Source: Chloroflexota bacterium
GTDB lineage: Bacteria; Chloroflexota; Anaerolineae; B4-G1; DUEL01
Reading direction: 5' to 3'
Assembly (NCBI GenBank): GCA_011388675.1
Contig: DROW01000174.1
Coordinates: forward strand, 1 to 49,723
Length of the DNA: 49,723 bases
The translations under genes were made by a program, and so were the position numbers. The notes under the pieces are model-generated. The model was given only the letters and a program-made list of their open reading frames with translations, was not told the origin of the DNA and made no database searches. This document shows positions 45,801-49,723 of the stretch, in pieces. Positions within the stretch are counted from its first letter, which is position 1; each line of letters starts with the position of its first letter.

Positions 45801-46175
45801 ATGGACGCTCGGAGGATTGCTTCAGGTACCGTCCTGTTGGCGGTGTGCCTCTTGCTGGTCGGCTGTACTTCGCTTCCCAGAGGGGCCAAGGAGGCGGTAC
45901 TCTCTTCCTTCATCCCTGAAGAGGAGCCGCGCATCCTCTCCGCCCACAGAGCCCATCTCTTGCCGGAGGACGCCACGGCTGGGGTGGAGGAGGTGTGGTG
46001 CGTTGAGGTCGCCTTTCAGTGCTGGAGTTGCCCGTACGGGGAATGGCGCACCTGCGTCTCCGGCTATCTCGTCCGCCGTCTAGGGGACCGGTGGGAGTCG
46101 ATGGAGATGCAAACAGAGGAAGAGTGGGCTGGATGGGAGGCGAGAGGGTGTCCGCAGGTGCCCGAATCCCCGTGA
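45801..46175 (+). CDS. small Cys-rich putative lipoprotein
   Basis: Lipobox LLLVGCTS, GGGAGGGG SD, consensus promoter upstream. Six further Cys residues (..WCVEVAFQCWSCPYGEWRTC..GC..). No recognisable family. Confidence 0.55.
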   Translation: MDARRIASGTVLLAVCLLLVGCTSLPRGAKEAVLSSFIPEEEPRILSAHRAHLLPEDATAGVEEVWCVEVAFQCWSCPYGEWRTCVSGYLVRRLGDRWESMEMQTEEEWAGWEARGCPQVPESP

Positions 46176-46254
46176 GGAGGACCCCGGTCGCTTTCGGTGA
46201 GCGCCGGGTTTGAAGGTTCAAGATTCTGTCAAGGGCGTTTTCCTTTCTGGGGGA

Positions 46255-47829
46255 CTACACGGTCCGTCGCATATAGGTCCCTACCAGCCGGAACCCCCGT
46301 TGCCGGTAGTAGGGCCGTGTGCCCACCGCGGCGATGACCGCCAGGTGCCGGTAGCCTGCCTCCCGGGTCATTGCCTGGGCCTTTTCCAACAACCGCGTTC
46401 CCAGTCCGACGTGCTGTGGTCGGCCGTCTCTTCTGTCCCCTAGCGGCAGCGCCGGGCCGTAGACGTGGAGTTCCCGCACTATTGCGCAGCCGTGCAGTTC
46501 CTCCATCTCCGGCTCGACTTGGGGGAACGAGAGCCGCAGGAACCCCGCCAGCCGACCCTCCTCCGTCTCGTAGGCCAGGAAGTGCTCCACCGTGCCGTCG
46601 GTCTCGTAAGTGGTGAGGGTCAGGCGGAGGCTCTCCGGTTCCACCGGCTCCCCCCGCACCTCCCGGCACCGGATGCACCGGCAGACCCACCCCTCCTGCG
46701 CCATCCGTTCCTGCACGATCTGGCGGAGATTGGACTTGGTGACCCCGGCAACGATGTCCGGTGCGGGGATGTCCCGCATCAGTCGGTTGACCCGGCAGTA
46801 GGGCGGGATGAGGGTCTTGCAGGCCATCAGCAATCGGACCAGGGTTTCCTCGTCGTACGGCTCGTACTTCCCCGCCCGCCACAGTTCGTACAGTTCGGTC
46901 CCCTCGATCAGCAGGCAGGGATAGATCTTCAACTCGTCGGGCCGCAGCGCGGGATCGTCCCAGAGGCGACGGAAGTCCTCCAGGTCGCTCTCCGGCGTGG
47001 CCCCGTAGAGGTTGGGCATCCAGTGGAGGACGATCTTGAACCCCGCCAGGCGGAGCCTGCGGACCGCCTCGCGGGTCTGCTCGACGGTGTGCCCCCGCCG
47101 GTTGAGGGCCAGGATCCGGTCGTCCAGGCTCTGCGCGCCCAACTGCACCTTCGTCACCCCCAGCCGACGGAGCCTCCGCACCTCCCCCAGGGTGACGCGG
47201 TCGGGCCGGGTCTCCACGACCAGGCCGACCTGTCGGTGGGGCGCGGTCTCGTTCAGCCGCTGCGCCTCCTCCAGCGACGGAGCCTCCCGCTCGTTCAGCG
47301 CGTCCAGGCAGCGGTGGACGAACCACTCCTGATAGTCGGCGGGGTAGTCCGACCAGGTGCCGCCGAGGATGAGGAGTTCCACCTTGTCAGTGGGGTGGCC
47401 GATGTTCTCCAGGGCGCGGACCCGCCCGGCGGTCTGGGCGAAGGGATCGTACTCGAACCGGCGGGCCCGCTGGACCCCCGGCTCGTCCGGCAGGTAGGAC
47501 TTGGGGGAGGAGGGGTCGTTGGGGCAGTAGATGCAGGTGCCGCGGCAGGGGTGGGGTGGGGTGAGGACGGAGACCGGCGCGACGCCGGAGATGGTGCGGG
47601 TGGGCTTGCGGGAGAGGGCCTGGGCCAGGCGAGGGTCGTAGGCCATCCGTCCCTCGGTGCAGAGGTGGCGGTAGACGCGCAGCAACTGATCGCGGGTGAA
47701 GAGCCCCCCGTCGGGGCGGGGGTAGCGCCGCAGCACTGCCTGGACCCGCCGGGGGGTCAGTCGGCCTGCCTGGGCGGCCAGCGTGCGAAGGGCCGCCTCA
47801 CACCGCTCCAGGCTCACTTCATCCGCCAT
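46255..47829 (-). CDS. elp3: Elp3-type radical-SAM/GNAT tRNA-modification enzyme (bacterial Elongator protein 3 homolog)
   Basis: Radical-SAM cluster CRGTCIYCP. Elp3-like blocks (..ELLILGGTWSDYP.., ..VETRPDRV.., ..GVTKVQLGAQSLDD..). C-terminal GNAT (..IVRELHVYG..QHVGLGTRLLEKA..). The ATG is at 47829. Confidence 0.85.
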   Translation of the reverse strand: MADEVSLERCEAALRTLAAQAGRLTPRRVQAVLRRYPRPDGGLFTRDQLLRVYRHLCTEGRMAYDPRLAQALSRKPTRTISGVAPVSVLTPPHPCRGTCIYCPNDPSSPKSYLPDEPGVQRARRFEYDPFAQTAGRVRALENIGHPTDKVELLILGGTWSDYPADYQEWFVHRCLDALNEREAPSLEEAQRLNETAPHRQVGLVVETRPDRVTLGEVRRLRRLGVTKVQLGAQSLDDRILALNRRGHTVEQTREAVRRLRLAGFKIVLHWMPNLYGATPESDLEDFRRLWDDPALRPDELKIYPCLLIEGTELYELWRAGKYEPYDEETLVRLLMACKTLIPPYCRVNRLMRDIPAPDIVAGVTKSNLRQIVQERMAQEGWVCRCIRCREVRGEPVEPESLRLTLTTYETDGTVEHFLAYETEEGRLAGFLRLSFPQVEPEMEELHGCAIVRELHVYGPALPLGDRRDGRPQHVGLGTRLLEKAQAMTREAGYRHLAVIAAVGTRPYYRQRGFRLVGTYMRRTV

Positions 47830-48464
47830 AGATGGCTGGTATCGTTCATCAGGGCTAATCGGTACCGTTCCTCGCCATGCCATTCGATCACGTTCACCGC
47901 GCAAGTATCCTGCCGTACAGACCAGAAATGGTCGTTCCCCAGGCCGAGCACCGCACAGAGGAGGACCTGGTTGACCACCGTGTGGGCCACCAGGGCGATC
48001 GTCTGGCCGAGGTGGCGTTCGGCGACCTGCCGCAGTGCGGCCGTGCCGCGTCGCCGGACGACCTCCAGGCTCTCCCCGCCGGGGAACTGAACCGTGTGGG
48101 GGGCGTCCCTCCAGGCCAGCATTAAGTCCGGATACCGCTCCCGCGCCTCGGCGAAGGCCATCCCCTGCAGTTCGCCGAAGTGGATGTCCATCAGCCCGTC
48201 CAGCGGCTGCACGGTGAGCCCCTGCAGGCTGGCGATGGCCTCTGCTGTCTGCATCGCCCGGCGAAGGGGGCTGGCGTAGATCGCCGTAGGTGCCCAGCGG
48301 GCGACGACGTACTCCGCCGTCGCCTGGGCCTGGCGCTGACCCGTCTCGTCCAGCGGGATGTCGGTCTGCCCCCGAAAACGGGCCTCCCGGTTCCACTGAG
48401 TCTGACCGTGGCGGATGAGGAGGATATGGGTGACTGGGTGACCGGGTGACTGGGTAATTGCCAT
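47814..48464 (-). CDS. histidine phosphatase superfamily (phosphoglycerate-mutase-like) protein
   Basis: RHG motif (LLIRHGQTQWN), ..SPLRRAMQTAE.., ..LVAHTVVN... The ATG follows GGGAGGGCGA. The 3' end overlaps the elp3 start by 16 nt. Confidence 0.8.
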   Translation of the reverse strand: MAITQSPGHPVTHILLIRHGQTQWNREARFRGQTDIPLDETGQRQAQATAEYVVARWAPTAIYASPLRRAMQTAEAIASLQGLTVQPLDGLMDIHFGELQGMAFAEARERYPDLMLAWRDAPHTVQFPGGESLEVVRRRGTAALRQVAERHLGQTIALVAHTVVNQVLLCAVLGLGNDHFWSVRQDTCAVNVIEWHGEERYRLALMNDTSHLWRMK

Positions 48465-48537
48465 TCGCCCTCCCTTTCTCTCTTGCCGATAGATTCCCCT
48501 TTTTGTACCACCAACGGGAGTAGGTGTCAACCGAGGT

Positions 48538-48566
48538 TTGCAGCCCTTCCCGTAGTGGGGTATAAT
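48538..48566 (+). promoter_or_regulatory. sigma70-type promoter for the rmd-like/gmd genes
   Basis: TTGCAG (48538-48543), 17-nt spacer, TATAAT (48561-48566). Confidence 0.5.
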
Positions 48567-48593
48567 CGCCGACGTGAGCAAGGAGGAGGTCCT

Positions 48594-49556
48594 GTGCGCG
48601 CGCTGATCACCGGAGCAGAGGGGTTTGTGGGAGGCCATCTGCGGGCCTACCTGCTGACCCATACCGATTGGGAACTTCTAGGGACCTGCCGCGCCGATCT
48701 CAGGCCGCCCTGTAAGGACGTTCCCCGGATGCGATGGGCGAAGGTCGATCTGCGGGACCCGAGGCAGGTGGGGGACTTGGTGGATTCCTTCACGCCGGAC
48801 GTGATCTTCCACCTCGCGGCCCAATCGTTTGTGCCCGCCTCCTTTGCCGATCCGTGGGAGACGCTGGAGAACAACATCCGGTCCCAGTTGAACCTCCTGG
48901 AGGCGGTTCGCCGCTCGGCGCATCCGGCGCGGGTGATCGTAATCGGCTCCAACGAGGAGTACGGCTATCCGGCCCAGGAGGATTTGCCCCTGACGGAGGA
49001 AAGCCCTTTGCGCCCGGCCAACCCCTACGCGGTCAGCAAGATCGCGCAGGATTTTCTCGGCTTGCAGTACTACCTGGCCTATGGGGTGGAGGTGATCCGC
49101 CTGCGGCCCTTCAACCACACGGGGCCGGGCCAGTCCCCCCGTTTCGTCGTGCCCGCCTTCGCCAGCCAGATCGCCCGCATCGAGGCGGGCCTCCAGGAAC
49201 CGGTGGTCCGCGTGGGGAACCTGGAGGCGGCGCGGGATTTCACCGACGTCCGGGACATCGTCCGCGCCTATTACCTCGCTGCTGTCCAAGGGGGGCCGGG
49301 CGAGGTGTACAACCTGGCGTCGGGGCAGCCCCGCTCTATCCGCTGGGTGTTGGAGACGCTCCTCTCCTTCTCCACCGTCTCCATCCGCGTGGAGATCGAC
49401 CCCGCCCGGTACCGTCCGGTGGACACGCCAGTTATCTACGGAAGCGCGGAGAAGTTCCGACGGCGAACCGGGTGGCGGCCGGAGATCCCCTTCGAGCAGA
49501 CGCTGCGGGATACGCTGGATTACTGGCGACAGCAGATCGCGGAGGGGCAGACGTAG
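48594..49556 (+). CDS. NAD-dependent epimerase/dehydratase, GDP-4-dehydro-6-deoxy-D-mannose reductase (Rmd)-like
   Basis: Rossmann motif ITGAEGFVGGHL and catalytic YAVSK. It sits immediately upstream of gmd. GTG start after AAGGAGGAGG. Confidence 0.75.
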   Translation: MRALITGAEGFVGGHLRAYLLTHTDWELLGTCRADLRPPCKDVPRMRWAKVDLRDPRQVGDLVDSFTPDVIFHLAAQSFVPASFADPWETLENNIRSQLNLLEAVRRSAHPARVIVIGSNEEYGYPAQEDLPLTEESPLRPANPYAVSKIAQDFLGLQYYLAYGVEVIRLRPFNHTGPGQSPRFVVPAFASQIARIEAGLQEPVVRVGNLEAARDFTDVRDIVRAYYLAAVQGGPGEVYNLASGQPRSIRWVLETLLSFSTVSIRVEIDPARYRPVDTPVIYGSAEKFRRRTGWRPEIPFEQTLRDTLDYWRQQIAEGQT

Positions 49557-49580
49557 ATCTCAACGGAGGAGGTTTGAAGT

Positions 49581-49723
49581 ATGCCCAGGGCTCTGATCAC
49601 TGGAATCACAGGGCAGGATGGCTCCTATCTGGCCGAGTTCCTGCTGGAAAAGGGATACGAGGTCATCGGGATGGTCCGCCGTACCAGCACGGTCAACTTC
49701 TCCCGCATCCAGCACATCCAGGA
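49581..49723 (+). CDS. gmd: GDP-mannose 4,6-dehydratase (5' fragment, runs off the window)
   Basis: [36 protein letters not shown].. is a typical Gmd N-terminus. SD is GGAGGAGG. Confidence 0.85.
   Translation, partial: MPRALITGITGQDGSYLAEFLLEKGYEVIGMVRRTSTVNFSRIQHIQ

Noticed and set aside
47830-48396. 189-aa N-terminal extension of elp3 in the 713-aa track ORF, and the 48465-48662 extension of the phosphatase ORF
   Set aside because: Elp3-like sequence starts at MADEVSLERC (47829). The extension overlaps the histidine phosphatase gene in another frame and is G/R/P-rich. The phosphatase has a strong GGGAGGG SD in front of the ATG at 48464.
48428-48456. 3.5 copies of an 8-nt unit GGGTGACY at the 5' end of the histidine phosphatase CDS, a possible slipped-strand phase-variation site
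   Set aside because: There are only 3.5 imperfect copies, too few for efficient slippage. They encode an ordinary N-terminal peptide (ITQSPGHPVTH). With a single genome there is no evidence of length variation.

Overview
This is a GC-rich bacterial chromosomal window with dense coding on both strands. Most genes have GGAGG-type Shine-Dalgarno sites, and several intergenic regions carry near-consensus sigma70 promoters. The gene content is my reason for guessing a Chloroflexota-like monoderm: a bacterial Elp3, a secretin-less Tad locus, a YfhO-type GT-C protein and many GAF/REC signalling proteins. That taxonomic call is inference only.

Housekeeping genes recognised:
- plsX and tRNA-Leu(GAG)
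- comFC and hpf
- an LMW phosphatase
- a trpS / mazG-like / dtd operon
- an rpiR-family regulator
- a prfA / prmC / tsaC operon and tpiA
- elp3
- rmd-like and gmd (partial at the 3' edge)

Accessory or unusual content:
1. A Tad/Flp-type pilus module (cpaB, REC-cpaE, cpaF, tadB, tadC). No pilin, prepilin peptidase or secretin is visible in the window.
2. A self-contained two-gene operon encoding a DUF4388 protein and an MglA/CvnD-like small GTPase.
3. Immediately downstream, an ~11 kb, eight-gene, tightly packed same-strand operon. It encodes an alpha/beta-hydrolase, a V4R ligand-binding protein, a hexapeptide-repeat (LbH) protein, an acyl-ACP-reductase-family (COG5322) dehydrogenase, REC-GGDDF, a 1646-aa hybrid kinase (~5 GAF, PAS, HK, two REC), a single-domain REC, and a second alpha/beta-hydrolase whose nucleophile Ser is replaced by Ala. 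I consider this the best candidate for an undescribed enzyme-plus-sensing system.
4. A secreted pair: a C25/gingipain-like protease and a protein made of six ~102-aa tandem repeats. Both end in the same short C-terminal motif, FLPL(I/V)LRG-x-stop.
5. Two odd gene fusions: APS kinase with ornithine aminotransferase, and a flavodoxin-like reductase with SCP2.
6. A dispersed GC-rich palindromic repeat family sitting at gene ends.

The many long antisense ORFs in the track are shadow ORFs typical of high-GC DNA and were rejected. All domain calls come from reading motifs by eye. No database search was run.
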